Positions 13,861 to 24,749 of a DNA stretch of 64,000 nucleotides are shown piece after piece; positions within the stretch are counted from its first letter, which is position 1; each line of letters starts with the position of its first letter. Under the pieces are notes generated by a model. The model had not been told where the DNA came from. It did no database searches and saw only the letters and a program-made list of their open reading frames with translations. Source of the DNA: Podarcis filfolensis (taxonomy: Eukaryota); the NCBI GenBank assembly GCA_964270895.1, contig OZ185443.1. One strand, written 5' to 3'. Position numbers and translations under genes: made by a program.

Positions 13861-14025
13861 CTCTGATTGCTCGCTGTCACTCTTCAGCACAACTCGCTTT
13901 ATGACTTTGGAATATCCATCTCCCTCTTCCACCTTAACAGGCTCCTGAGGTTCTCCTTGCATCACAACTTCTTCCTTTTCTGTGCCATCTGGTAAAGTGA
14001 ATCGCCTGATGATTTTTCTAGTGAC
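13861..14025 (-). CDS. ANK2: ANK2 exon, 165 nt: [55 protein letters not shown]
   Basis: ccattag|GTC acceptor, GAG|gttagt donor. Confidence 0.95.
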
Positions 14026-14304
14026 CTAATGGAATGACATCATTATTCAGCATTTTAAAACAATAGCAGTCATATGTAAAATTTTGTAAGTGCAGCATCT
14101 TCTATTCATCTGCAAACAGAATAACCCTTCCCAAAGGGGCTGGAGGCATCACTATATCCATTCTACGAGCAGGTAATACGCGGTAAATGAAAGGCTAGAT
14201 GTTCAAAATCAGTTCGCCTAAGTACCTTAATTCCAATGAACCTTAATAAGCTCACCTCTTTAAATAGTGGCTAGGCCTCCCAGTCAGACCATGGAAGTGT
14301 ATCT

Positions 14305-14425
14305 TAATAATAATAATAATAATAATTATTATTATTATAATTTATTTATACCCCACCCATCTGGCTGGGTCTCCCCAGCCACTCTGGGTGGCTTCCAACA
14401 AAACACTAAAATACAATAACCTATT
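14305..14425 (-). mobile_element. L2 LINE 3' end with (AAT)n/(TAA)n tail
   Basis: ttataccccacccatctggctgggtctccccagccactctgggtggcttccaaca; same family end as 32450-32505. Confidence 0.75.
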
Positions 14426-14568
14426 AGTTTAGAAACTATTTCGAAAGAGTAAGCCTTGCAGAAAGTATTTGGTATCAAGAACCTAGCAGAATCTCCCAGA
14501 TCACACTTGCAAAACTGATGAGCATGTTTGACACATATCTGTGCAGTACCATGCAAACTGGCCATGCA

Positions 14569-14650
14569 GTGCAATCCTAGAATGGTTACTCACAAATGCC
14601 CCACTGCGCTCAGTGGGTGTTATCCAGGCTAAGTGTGCATGGATTGCAGC
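14569..14650. repeat. ~80-bp imperfect palindromic interspersed repeat (gcaatcct ... ggattgc); related decayed copies near 22500, 34020, 55340, 58690 and 61370
   Basis: gtgcaatcctagaatggttactc ... gtgtgcatggattgcagcc. Confidence 0.55.
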
Positions 14651-15435
14651 CTTGGATACTTTTATTACCAACCTTCACACTGATTCTGATATATTGTTTT
14701 CCACCAACAAAGCCCTGATATAGAGGAAAACTCATGCTGTTGAATGTGCTCCTGGGTTACTAACTAGGCCTCAAAGGTGCTCTGCAGGGCACCATAGAAA
14801 TAACTTATGTCAGATTGACAACTGGGGCTTACTTTGTGACCGCATAGAAATTTTATTGCAGTAGTTGTCACAGCCACTGCTGCCCCAGTTTGTGCCAGCT
14901 TGTTCTTGACGTGCATGTTAGTCTGCAGTTTGGGCCAGGAATGTCACTAAAGTGTCCAGTTCCCATTGGAGATGCTTTCCGTGTTACTACTGGAGTACAC
15001 ACAGGGGAGTTTCGAGGATTTAGTCCAGTCTGCATTTTTAAGCAGACCCACCTAATCTGCACTGCCCAGACTAATATACAGAATTGAATGCAATTATTAT
15101 TTCACACTTCTTCAAATTGTGTAATGCAGTTCTTGACTCAGAAGAGGTACCCAAATGCATCTTTTAGGGTAAGATGTTCACCAAAAATGCATTTTGTGGA
15201 GACGTGTGCAAAAAATAATGCTAATAGATGCAGAAACAGGATGGAATATATGTGAAACTGACACAGACCAGAAAAAACCGATCATTAACAGACACTGAAG
15301 GAGTCTCATTGTAGGCTTCTTTTAATTTACCTCCATAGCACATAAAAGGGCCCAAGCGTAGCTTTAATTTACAAAGAAAAACCCCTGCTCTTCCTGCATT
15401 TCCCATTAAGTCAACATCCCAATGTTAAATTGTAC

Positions 15436-15519
15436 CTTCTTCACCACAATATGGCCATGTTCATCTGTGTACTGCTCCTCTGTTACAGCTTCTGGTGGCA
15501 TTTCGGGCATATCATCAGA
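15436..15519 (-). CDS. ANK2: ANK2 exon, 84 nt, second obscurin-binding-type motif: [28 protein letters not shown]
   Basis: ccaacag|TCT acceptor, AAG|gtacaa donor. Confidence 0.95.
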
Positions 15520-16025
15520 CTGTTGGTCAAAGAACAAAATTCATAAATTAAAGTGGTTGCTTTAAATAAATTGTACAAAAGAGGTTAGTTGATTAAAGCA
15601 AGGGGGAAATAAACGAATCAGGAAGCACTGAAGCATAGTTGTTAAAACTCCATTAAAGATTCTGCAAACCAATATTTAAAAACATGCAAAGAAACCTTGA
15701 ACCAATAGGCAAACAGAAATCATTTGACCTAATAGGAAGTAGTGTTGAAGCAGCAACTCTTAGTGGGACATTCTTCCTCAAAATGCGCATTGGGTAACAA
15801 CCCTATTGGGTTTCTCTTTTCTCTTCCAAGCTTCCCAAATCAAAGTAGAAAAAATTATCTATGTTACTCAATAGACATGCATTATTCAGGAACATGCCAA
15901 ATTCATCAGTGCAATACCAGCCAAGGGGTTGCTTCAAGAACAGGAATTTGGGAAAGGGTGGGTCCTAGAGGTGTAACCAGGACATAATTGCCACTGGCAC
16001 GTGCAGTAGTTCAACACTCCTGTAC

Positions 16026-16118
16026 CTGAATAATCACCCGGCGGCGAACGACCCTGGTAGTTACCATCTCTTCCTCATCTGAGCTGGCCTCCAGCTCACC
16101 TAATTCCTCTGCTAGCTC
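16026..16118 (-). CDS. ANK2: ANK2 93-nt cassette exon, first obscurin-binding-type motif: ELAEELGELEASSDEEEMVTTRVVRRRVIIQ
   Basis: ccactag|GAG acceptor, CAG|gtacag donor, phase 0-0; TRVVRRRV motif shared with small ankyrin-1. Confidence 0.93.
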
Positions 16119-17489
16119 CTAGTGGAAGCATGGAAGCATGGCTCTTATCATACAGATATAGTAGCATGGTGTGAATGAACAGCATTTGGCCCCTCTTCTA
16201 TTAGCACAATGGAAACAACACAAATGCTCACAGCTTTAACAGAAGCTGCATTACTTCTTCCCTTGAGCATAACATGAGACACTAAAATTGCCTTTAAATG
16301 TGTGATACCATCTAGACTATTTTTGTTGTTGTTGTCGTTATTTGAAATCATGTATTATCCAAGGTGCAAAGTGCTTGAACAACTTGGATATGATCCAAAA
16401 ACTTTCCATTCTCTATAAATCTAATCAGAGAAAAGCTTTCGTATTTAATTATTTAATTAAAAGGTATTTGCATACAATTCACTGTTAAAAAAAAAGATCT
16501 GCTAGGTATAAACTTTTTTTTAAAAAAGGGAAATTAATCTGGGCAAGAGAAGTCAGAGAGAGACAAAAGGCTTCTGATTGTGTGGTTTGTTCATGTATAA
16601 TGCTAGGCCAGCCACTCCGTGGGGAAGCGACTGGGAGGGACTGCTTATGCACAAGCTAATTTCCCTAACCATGGTTTATATGGTCAGCATTATATGTGGA
16701 CAAAACCAATGTGAGCTCAAGCGTTGTTGCTGAAGTGTATGACTTGGCTTGGAATGCAAATGGAGTGCCTCTCCCATTCCTTCCCACCACCTGGAATGCT
16801 GCAATGGCAGCATTCCGTGCACCAGGGAGTAAAGTTTCCCAGGATTCCTCAGATTGTCCTCAGTAAGTGCCCTGGAAACAACATGCTTTGCGTGCATAAA
16901 ACCCACAGAGTGGGCATACTCAGCAGCATCCCAGATACAGAGAATATTGGAGCATGTTTCCAGGGTACTTGATGCCCATCCTCAGACACCTTATTTCCTA
17001 GAAGTCCTGATGTCTGGGATGTTGCCATTAGGTATTTACAAGAGATGCTAGCAAGAAAAAAAGGGAATGCAAATCTTTCAGATACGCCTTCATCAAACCT
17101 CCCCGCTGCCAGATACCTGGAAAGGGGCAGCAGGACAGGATGCAGGTGCTTGGGGAGAAGGGTGAGCTGAATAACATTTGGCTGACACACCCAATTTGAA
17201 GTAGGATAGGGTCCAAATTTCATAATTGGCCTTGGCAAAAAATGAGGTGTTTCTGTTTGAGGGAATTTGTGTGTGAAATAGTTGCATGTGGCAGGTCCAA
17301 TTCTGAACAGAGCCAAAGAGCTTCCACTAATCACTAACGACCTCTCTGTAAAACAAAGGAAGAGGAACGCTGACATGTAGGATGTCAACACATCAATGTT
17401 TTGTTTGTTGCATGTACACCAATAAGAAAGGCACATATTGGCTTCCAAACATTTCCTGCATCCCCACCCCACCCAACCCTACACAGAGA

Positions 17490-17660
17490 TCTGGGTATCT
17501 CCTTTGCATGCAGAAGATCCCGGGTTCAATTCCCAGAATCTTTAAAAAGGGCTGAGAATGGCTCCTGCCTGACATCCTGGGCAGCCTGTGCTGGTCAATG
17601 CAGACAATGTTGAGCTACAGAGACCAGTGACTTGGTATGGAGCATCTTATAGGTTCCTAT
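17490..17660 (+). mobile_element. Degenerate tRNA(Ala)-like SINE fragment
   Basis: ctttgcatgcagaagatcccgggttcaattccc anticodon/T-arm-like segment followed by a typical lizard SINE body. Confidence 0.55.
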
Positions 17661-17700
17661 CATCTCCATACAGGGGAAAATGTCATCTGTGAAGCCCTTA

Positions 17701-18041
17701 AAGGTAAAGGTAAAAGGACCCCTGACCATTAGGTCCAGTTGCGGATGACTCTGGGGTTGCGGCACGCATCTCGCTTTATTGGCCGAGGGAACCGGCGTAC
17801 AGCTTCCGGGTCATGTGGCCAGCATGACTAACCAGAGCAGCGCACGGAAATGCCGTTTACCTTCCCGCTGGAGCGGTACCTATTTATCTACTTGCACTTT
17901 GATGTGCTTTCGAACTGCTAGGTTGGCAGGAGCAGGGACCGAGCAATGGGAGCTCACCCCATCGCGGGGATTCAAACCACCAACCTTCTGATCGGCAAGT
18001 CCTAGGCTCTGTGGTTTAACCCACAGCGCCACCTGCGTCCC
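17701..18041 (-). mobile_element. Full-length Sauria SINE with 14-bp TSD (ctgtgaagccctta, 17687-17700 and 18042-18055)
   Basis: Head GGGACGCAGGTGGCGCTGTGGGTTAAACCACAGAGCC, tail CCTTTACCTTTACCTTT, exact flanking direct repeat. Confidence 0.95.
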
Positions 18042-18452
18042 CTGTGAAGCCCTTAGTTGTACTAAATATAGGATATTCACTATTCTTTTCCAAAGGATTT
18101 CTTTAGCAATAGATTCTCTTTCATGAATCCATTCTGGAACATTTCATTTTGGGTTGCTGCCATGTTCATCCTGTTCTAACCTAGTTGACAAAAGTTTTCT
18201 GTCTACTTTTTCCCTTCTGTGCTACCTACCGCTTTGCGTTTTCAACGGCAGATTTCTTTCATTTATATTCTGTTTGCAGTTGGAATTGTTTTTGGCCAGT
18301 TGTGCGTGGGGAACATTGGTATTTATTATTCATACATTTTGTTCTTTGGTACTGACTAAGATCAGATTAAAGATGTTACTCCCCTGAATAATAATTCCTC
18401 TGATGTGTGCAGGAGTAACATCATGATTCATCAAGCAAGCGGTAACACTTAC

Positions 18453-18729
18453 CTTTTCCAGCAACTCCTCTTCATATCTTTCTGACTCTTCTGGGTGTTC
18501 ATCAATTGATTCCACAATCACCAGACTATTTTTCCTTGGATAAAGATCTTCTTGGTGGTCTTCAGGTTCTTGCACAATGGGTGAATCTGTTCGTTCACTA
18601 GATGTTGGGGTATGAAGGTATGGCCTTTCAAGATCCTCAGAGCCTGCAGTAGAGCCCTCAGACTTTTCACTGGGAATGCTTGTTGCTTTTTCTCCTTTTG
18701 GTGCCTGTGTTGCTCCAGAAGTTGTGACA
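18453..18729 (-). CDS. ANK2: ANK2 exon, 277 nt: VTTSGATQAPK...YLHTPTSSERTDSPIVQEPE...EEELLEK
   Basis: attcacag|T acceptor, AAG|gtaagt donor; similar to human YLQTPTSSERGGSPIIQEPE. Confidence 0.93.
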
Positions 18730-19455
18730 CTGTGAATTAAAGTTGAATTCAAGATACATAATTATTATATGTTCTCTGTTTCTAGTGAATAAGTATACAG
18801 ATGAACGTCAGGGTAAATATTCAACATGACTTTAATATAAACCTTAGGAGGACCACTCTCCATCCTTGCTCTTAACAGTTCAACACTCTTCATTCTTGCT
18901 TGGAAATATATTGGAACTTCCCTATTATGTTTTCATATTTTATTTTCTTACACTTATATCTTGCCTTTCTCCCATCATGGAACTCAAGACAGTGCAATCG
19001 TGTTCCCAGTCCCAGGTGGTCACCCATCCCAAAGAAATCATCCTCTACCTTCTGTTCATAGACTCCCCTGGAGGAAAAATCCTTCTGTGAGTTGAGGGAT
19101 ACAATTGGATACAACCCCTAATTTATTTATTTATTTTTAAAAAAATCTCTTTTGTCCTTTGGAAATTCACTGGCTCAGTAATTTCTCTGACATATGTCTA
19201 TAGTCACATAGAGTTCATATTTGACTGAGCATATAACACTTTCTAATGTGTGTCTGCTCTGAATGCATGAGCATGAAGAACTTGCAGCTCTGAAAGCAGG
19301 TGTCTTAAATCAATTTTGTTTGTGAAACAGAAAACATAATATATGGAATCTAAATAGTGCACTTGTGTGTGTGTGTTTTATAGAGGTCAACAGAGCGTAC
19401 GGTACATTTCTCACAATATGCCATCATTTTGGGCCTGCAATCTTGGGATTCTTAC

Positions 19456-19735
19456 AAGTATTCTTGTGTAGTAGATGAATCTTCTGGCAGCACATGAGAT
19501 TTCCCTGAGAATTCAGCTTCCACTCGCTCCTTGTGTGCTTGTCGTAGGAGTTCTGTAATGGATAGTTCCGCCTCACCTCTAGGTGTGCCGTCATGCAAGG
19601 GTGAGTAACTCACAGAAATGTCTTCCTCAGAGACAAGGGGAGGGTGATCTGATGGCTCACTGTCTTTAGAAAAAGAATGCTCTTCTTCCTTCTTATCTCT
19701 TGTGCTGTACAAATCTTCACGGAGTGCAGAAAAAC
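19456..19735 (-). CDS. ANK2: ANK2 exon, 280 nt, C-terminal domain: (G)FSALREDLYST...PPLVSEEDISVSYS...STTQEY(F)
   Basis: gctgtag|GT acceptor, CTT|gtaaga donor; similar to human DHPPIVSEEDISVGYS. Confidence 0.93.
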
Positions 19736-19920
19736 CTACAGCAAGGTTAAAAACAGTTATTTGGTCTTCCCATGTAAAGTAGGAAGGTCTGCTCAGTTTA
19801 CATCTACCTGCAGATTTGTGGGGGTGCTGAGTAGGGAGAGGCAAATCTGTCAGTTTTGGTTTCTCTCTGTTTCTTGTTTTTCCAATCTTAAATTCTATGC
19901 CTTTCCACATCAGCTTGCAA

Positions 19921-20062
19921 TTTTTTTTAAAAAAAAATGCTCCTGAAAATTCATCATTATTTTAGTGCAAATTTCTCCATTGCATGATTTTTTAAAAAAT
20001 AAATTGCTCCTGAAAATTCATCATTATTTTAGTGCAAATTTCTCCATTGCATGATTTTTTTT
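19921..20062. repeat. 67-bp tandem duplication
   Basis: tgctcctgaaaattcatcattattttagtgcaaatttctccattgcatgatttttt at 19938 and 20005. Confidence 0.92.
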
Positions 20063-20290
20063 GGCCTAATATACATATTTCTGCAAAGCAATGTCCCCCA
20101 ATATTTGCATTTTAATGCACACTTTACCCTCATACAAATTACTTGGCTGGAGAACCGCACTGCATAATTTGCAGAAGTGTGAATTTCAAAGGATCACTGT
20201 GTTTCACTTTCACTGAATCGAATTTCTCCCACTTCCTAAGGTTTCATGTAGAGGCACCACACACAAAAGCGCATACAAAAATGTCTGCTG

Positions 20291-20500
20291 ACATAGAGCA
20301 TAGAACCATAGAGTGGGGGGGGGCTTCAAAGGCCAACCCCCAGCTTGATCCAGATAGCCCAGAGCTGGAGCATCCACAAGACATTACTCTTTGGCTTCGG
20401 TTTGAAGAACTCCAGTGAGGAAGAGCCCACCACCCCTCTAGGTCATTGTCCCCATTGCTTAACTACTCTTACCATCAGGCAACTTCCACAGACGGCAACC
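20291..20500 (-). mobile_element. CR1 LINE 3' fragment, degenerate
   Basis: catagaaccatagag...ggccaacccc...tttgaagaactccagtgaggaagagcccaccacccctctagg...ccattg. Confidence 0.6.
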
Positions 20501-21088
20501 TGGACAGCTTTCCTTCCAGATAAACATGTTCCCATTTGTGCTGTATATTGATATTTTAGGGTTTCATTATCCTACACATGCCTCCTGCTAAGCTTAGCAT
20601 TAAAAGCATTTAGAGATAATTCCAACACACATGCAGACATCTTGACACTCACGGAATGACTCACACCTTGAGTGTCTAAGCTGCTAATACTGAAAAGCAT
20701 CATTGTTGATGTAATCCGCTCTGTATGAATGCTCTGTCTTTGGGTGACTCCAGATTGTCCCTATCTTGTGGGAGGGATTCAAGCATATATCAGAAATTTA
20801 GATTTAAAAGGCGCTGTTGCCCTAGTGCAGCAAATGCACTTAAAAAAAATAATCTGCCATCTTGAGGGTTGGTAAGCGACAGGGAAATGCATTGAAAAGT
20901 GTGAGATAAACAAACACCCCACAAGCAAAACAGGATGAGTAATCAACAAAGACTGTCTATCTAACCACTGCCTAATTTTTGTGCAAGCAAATCAGGTTGA
21001 ATTCTCAATAAGCAGAGCTTTGATGGTTGTGTCATCAATGCCGACAAGTTACTAAACAGTGAGCAGAGATGTGTGACTTCACCCTTAC

Positions 21089-21229
21089 CTTCACTATGAT
21101 CCAGTCCTATTGTCTGTTCAATTTCTGCATAGGTGCGATTATGGTCTCGGGATGTTTCCATGGTGTTCTCCATGAGATGAACAATATCCATACGATTTAT
21201 TTTTGTAAGACACTCAGTAAGGCTTGAAT
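21089..21229 (-). CDS. ANK2: ANK2 exon, 141 nt, death domain end: (D)[46 protein letters not shown]
   Basis: tatcacag|AT acceptor, AAG|gtaagg donor. Confidence 0.96.
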
Positions 21230-21971
21230 CTGTGATACAGAAGAGACCAGACTTTATTTGAGCTGTGTGTGCTCTTTTCCCTGTCCTCCAGATTCACACA
21301 GCAAAATAGTATAATTCAGAAGTCTGCATTAGCACCTTGAATTTGGAGATGAATGATGAAAATATATGTCTTTTTCTTCTGTCCGCCCTGAGGTTATCCC
21401 CAAACACTTGGAAAAGGTAGGCTACTTACCTATAACTCAAGGGTGTCCACTTATAAAAGTTCAAAGAGGCTTGCTACATCTGCTGACCAGCAGTTACAGG
21501 AACCCCCTTTGAGGTCCTGCCTGCAGAGCAAAAATGTCCATTTACAGGTGAGGTTTGAATCCAAATTGTGCCTGCAAATGGACTTTATTGGGGGTCACTG
21601 GCAGCTGGCAGCTCTTCACCCTGCTGTGAGTGGTGCTGTGTCATAAATTTCTCCTGCGCTTTTTGTCTGCCATTCTCATCAATTTATTGGGGGGGGAATG
21701 CCTCTCTTACGAAGACATTTTTTGCAAACTGTACATAGCTCAAGGGCAAACCAGGGCCATTCAATTCCTTCACAACAGCTGTGAGAATGCCAACCAAAGA
21801 TGTCAACACTGGCAGTGGGGAAAGAGGGTGGAAATGTGGGACTGTACTGCCACTTTCTCCTTTGTATTATGCATGTCAATTCTTGTCAGTGTTGCACTTC
21901 AGCAAAGTACATGTATACTTACTAGGCTCCTTTGCCAAGAAAGAAAAGGTATCTAATAAAACTGAGCATAC

Positions 21972-22103
21972 CAGTAGCATGTTTCCCATCACGTTCCAGC
22001 CAATATTTCAGCAGTGCGTGACTCTGGTCCTGCAGTGAATTAGGATTCTCAATTCGGATCTGATGAATTTGTTCCTCTGTGAAATCCAGTTCTCTTGCTA
22101 GCT
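21972..22103 (-). CDS. ANK2: ANK2 exon, 132 nt, death domain: (E)[43 protein letters not shown]
   Basis: gttttcag|AG acceptor, CTG|gtatgc donor. Confidence 0.96.
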
Positions 22104-23268
22104 CTGAAAACGCACATTATTAAAATAATTTCAAACAGTCACACATTTCCTTTTAAATATTTAACACCTATTTTAAGTGCATTTAACATTTACCTGGGAG
22201 CAAAGCCTGATAAAAACAATGAGACTTACTTCTGAGTAGATATTTATAAGATTAAGCCATTATAGGGTTAAGCAATAGCCCCAGAAATGTAGCATTCTGG
22301 GAGCAGGCTGGAGGAAGCCTTGAATCTGTTGAAGCCAAAGCCCCTTCTTTTTCCTGAGATACCTCAGAATATGCAACTGAATTCAAAGGGTCAAATATCC
22401 ATCCTATTCCCTGAAAAACTTGTGGGGATTTTGAAGATGGGATGGCATCATCCACCACTTCACTTTCCCTCTCTGTCCCACTTAAATTTAATCTGTTAGG
22501 CTTCATTCTTATGCCTGCTTTCTGAGAGCAAGCCCTATTGACTCAATAAAACTTACCTCTGAGTAGATATGTCTAGAATTGTTTGGTGCATCCTTGCTAA
22601 TTACCTGCCTTTCTTGTGAAACCAATATCCTTCTGTGTATTACCTAGGGACTATTTGTAGCTTCAACTACATGTAGGGTATTAGCTATTTTCATTCACAT
22701 TTGTCACATCTCAGCTTCAGTTTAGAGGAAACAGAAGCTATATCTGGTTTTCTTCTCCAGGGCCAGTCCAACCATTAGGTAGAATAAGGCAGTTGCTTTA
22801 AGCTGATTTGGTACATCACAAAAGGGAAGCAAATTGTTAATGATTTGAGTTTTGGGTGTCATGCATCATGCTGTGCTAAGATAACTTGATCGGCCTTGGG
22901 TGCTGTATACCTTGGGTGGATGAGAACCATCTGCTGTTCTGCCTCAAAAAGCCAAATGTGTTGCTCTTCACTCAAAAAACAAAAGTGGCCGTACAGGGAT
23001 TACTTTTACTATCCAGCACCTGTATTCTGGCAGCCATTTTGGATCAAAATCTCAGTATGTTCTCTGTGTTAAGAATTCACACAATGCTTTTCCTGAGCAT
23101 GTAGGAATAACTTAAGTAAAATCTGTAATAAAACATGCCAGTCGGATCTACAGCTACCGTCCCTGGTAGGCAGCTGTAATTCAAGTTGGTGTCTCAACAC
23201 ATAGGGAAGAAGAGCTAGAAGTTTCATTTTCCTAAGATGGTTGTGATCTCAACCACATCAGAGCTTAC

Positions 23269-23343
23269 CTGTCCAGCTGAATCCAAGGTGATCAGCGATA
23301 TGTGCCAGTCTTTCCTCTATCCTTTCTTGATCATCCTGTTGAT
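23269..23343 (-). CDS. ANK2: ANK2 exon, 75 nt, death domain start: (D)[24 protein letters not shown]
   Basis: gctttag|AT acceptor, CAG|gtaagc donor. Confidence 0.96.
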
Positions 23344-24315
23344 CTAAAGCAAAGTCAAATAGGACAGGTTTTTGTTTTGTTTTTAAGGCAAAACTGATCT
23401 GCCTCACGGGGAGAGACTCCATAAAATAAGGCCAGTGTTTAACAGTGTCTGCTTTCAAAGGAAACCAAAGCTCTTGGTATGTAGCTAGAATGGAAATATT
23501 TGAATACGAAGCACTTTATTTAAAATGCCCGCTTAATTGAGTATGGTATTGGAGGCTTTGGAAAACACTGTCCTCAATTTTATTTTGGAGCTCATAACTC
23601 CTAAACATTTAAAATAAAACAGAACAAAGGGAGAGATAAATAATTTGCTGGAGCGGGAAATATGTTTTTTCATGCCTCTTTAAAGTAATGGCAAATGGCC
23701 ATCAAACTCATATTTGCAAAATTAGGTGATGTATCCGAAACTTCATTTCGAACATTAAGACCATCATATTTTTTAAGTTGCACTGCTTACAATCATCAAA
23801 AAGATTTCCAGATCATGATATCTGTGCAGCATTAGTATTTAGCAGTATTAAGTTTGTTTGTTTTTTTGCTAGAACATGTTGCATTCCTAGCTCTTTACAA
23901 AGAAGGCATGCAAAAGCAAGTGCACACTTTTTCTCAGCGATATTTGCACCAAAGCAGCAAGAATTAATAACCCCAACAGCCAATCTGATACCAGCAGAGT
24001 TTGAGTTTTTGTTTTCCTGTGTGTGCATTTGAAGTCATAGTCTCTACAGCTCAAAATTCAGTTACCATATTTTCCTCTTATTGCTCCTCAGTGCTATTAT
24101 AGGAAGTTCTTTTTTTAAAAAAATGGATCTAAACATTGGGCATTAAATTTAACATGATTAAGTCTATAAATCCAGTGCACCACCTTCCATTAGTAAATGG
24201 TGCCAAGCAAAAGTACAACAACAATAAAAGGATTGGAGTTTTTTTTAAGGCACTAATAACTTTGCTTTCGGCACACCTATATGGACTTGCATATCCTGAA
24301 TTATAGTAATCTTAC

Positions 24316-24324
24316 CTGGTTCAT
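24316..24324 (-). CDS. ANK2: Candidate ANK2 9-nt microexon, phase 1-1, net insertion of three residues (DEP after the giant exon)
   Basis: tacttttgacacag|ATGAACCAG|gtaaga: near-consensus sites, frame and phase compatible with both neighbours. Confidence 0.72.
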
Positions 24325-24749
24325 CTGTGTCAAAAGTAATTCATGGCAAAGTGATTCAATTATAGTGAAGAGAATCCAAAAACTAAAACTTGCGTGGTCA
24401 GCTGTATTAGAAGCGAAATAATAATGCTCTAAATTTGTTAGTTAAACAACATGAACAAATGTTGTTGTTTTAACGAAAAAGACTATATTGCTATGTTTTA
24501 TCCTTTGCGTAAGCATTTGCAGTGTGCAATCTTGAGATTGTTTCAGGGATAGTAAAATACATACACGACATAAAACAAAACAAACGGAGCTTACACAAAA
24601 CACATTGACAACCACAGGAAGCTTTAAAAAGGAGACACACAAACCACACAGAAAAAAAAAGCAAGGGGGAAAGAAGGGAAGAAACAACAACCAAAGAATT
24701 GCGATTCATGACATGCGTAGCAAAGGGAATCCCAATGGCTGGCAAATAC

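Noticed and set aside
16849-17472. 207-aa minus-strand ORF and a strong acceptor at 17345
   Set aside because: No similarity to ankyrin or any family I recognise. In the incoming phase 0 the acceptor gives RGR-stop, and I found no convincing donor.
16120-18450. A small-ankyrin (sAnk1.5-like) transmembrane first exon upstream of the ELAEEL exon
   Set aside because: Searched by eye; no MWTF...CQN-like hydrophobic exon with a phase-0 donor was found.
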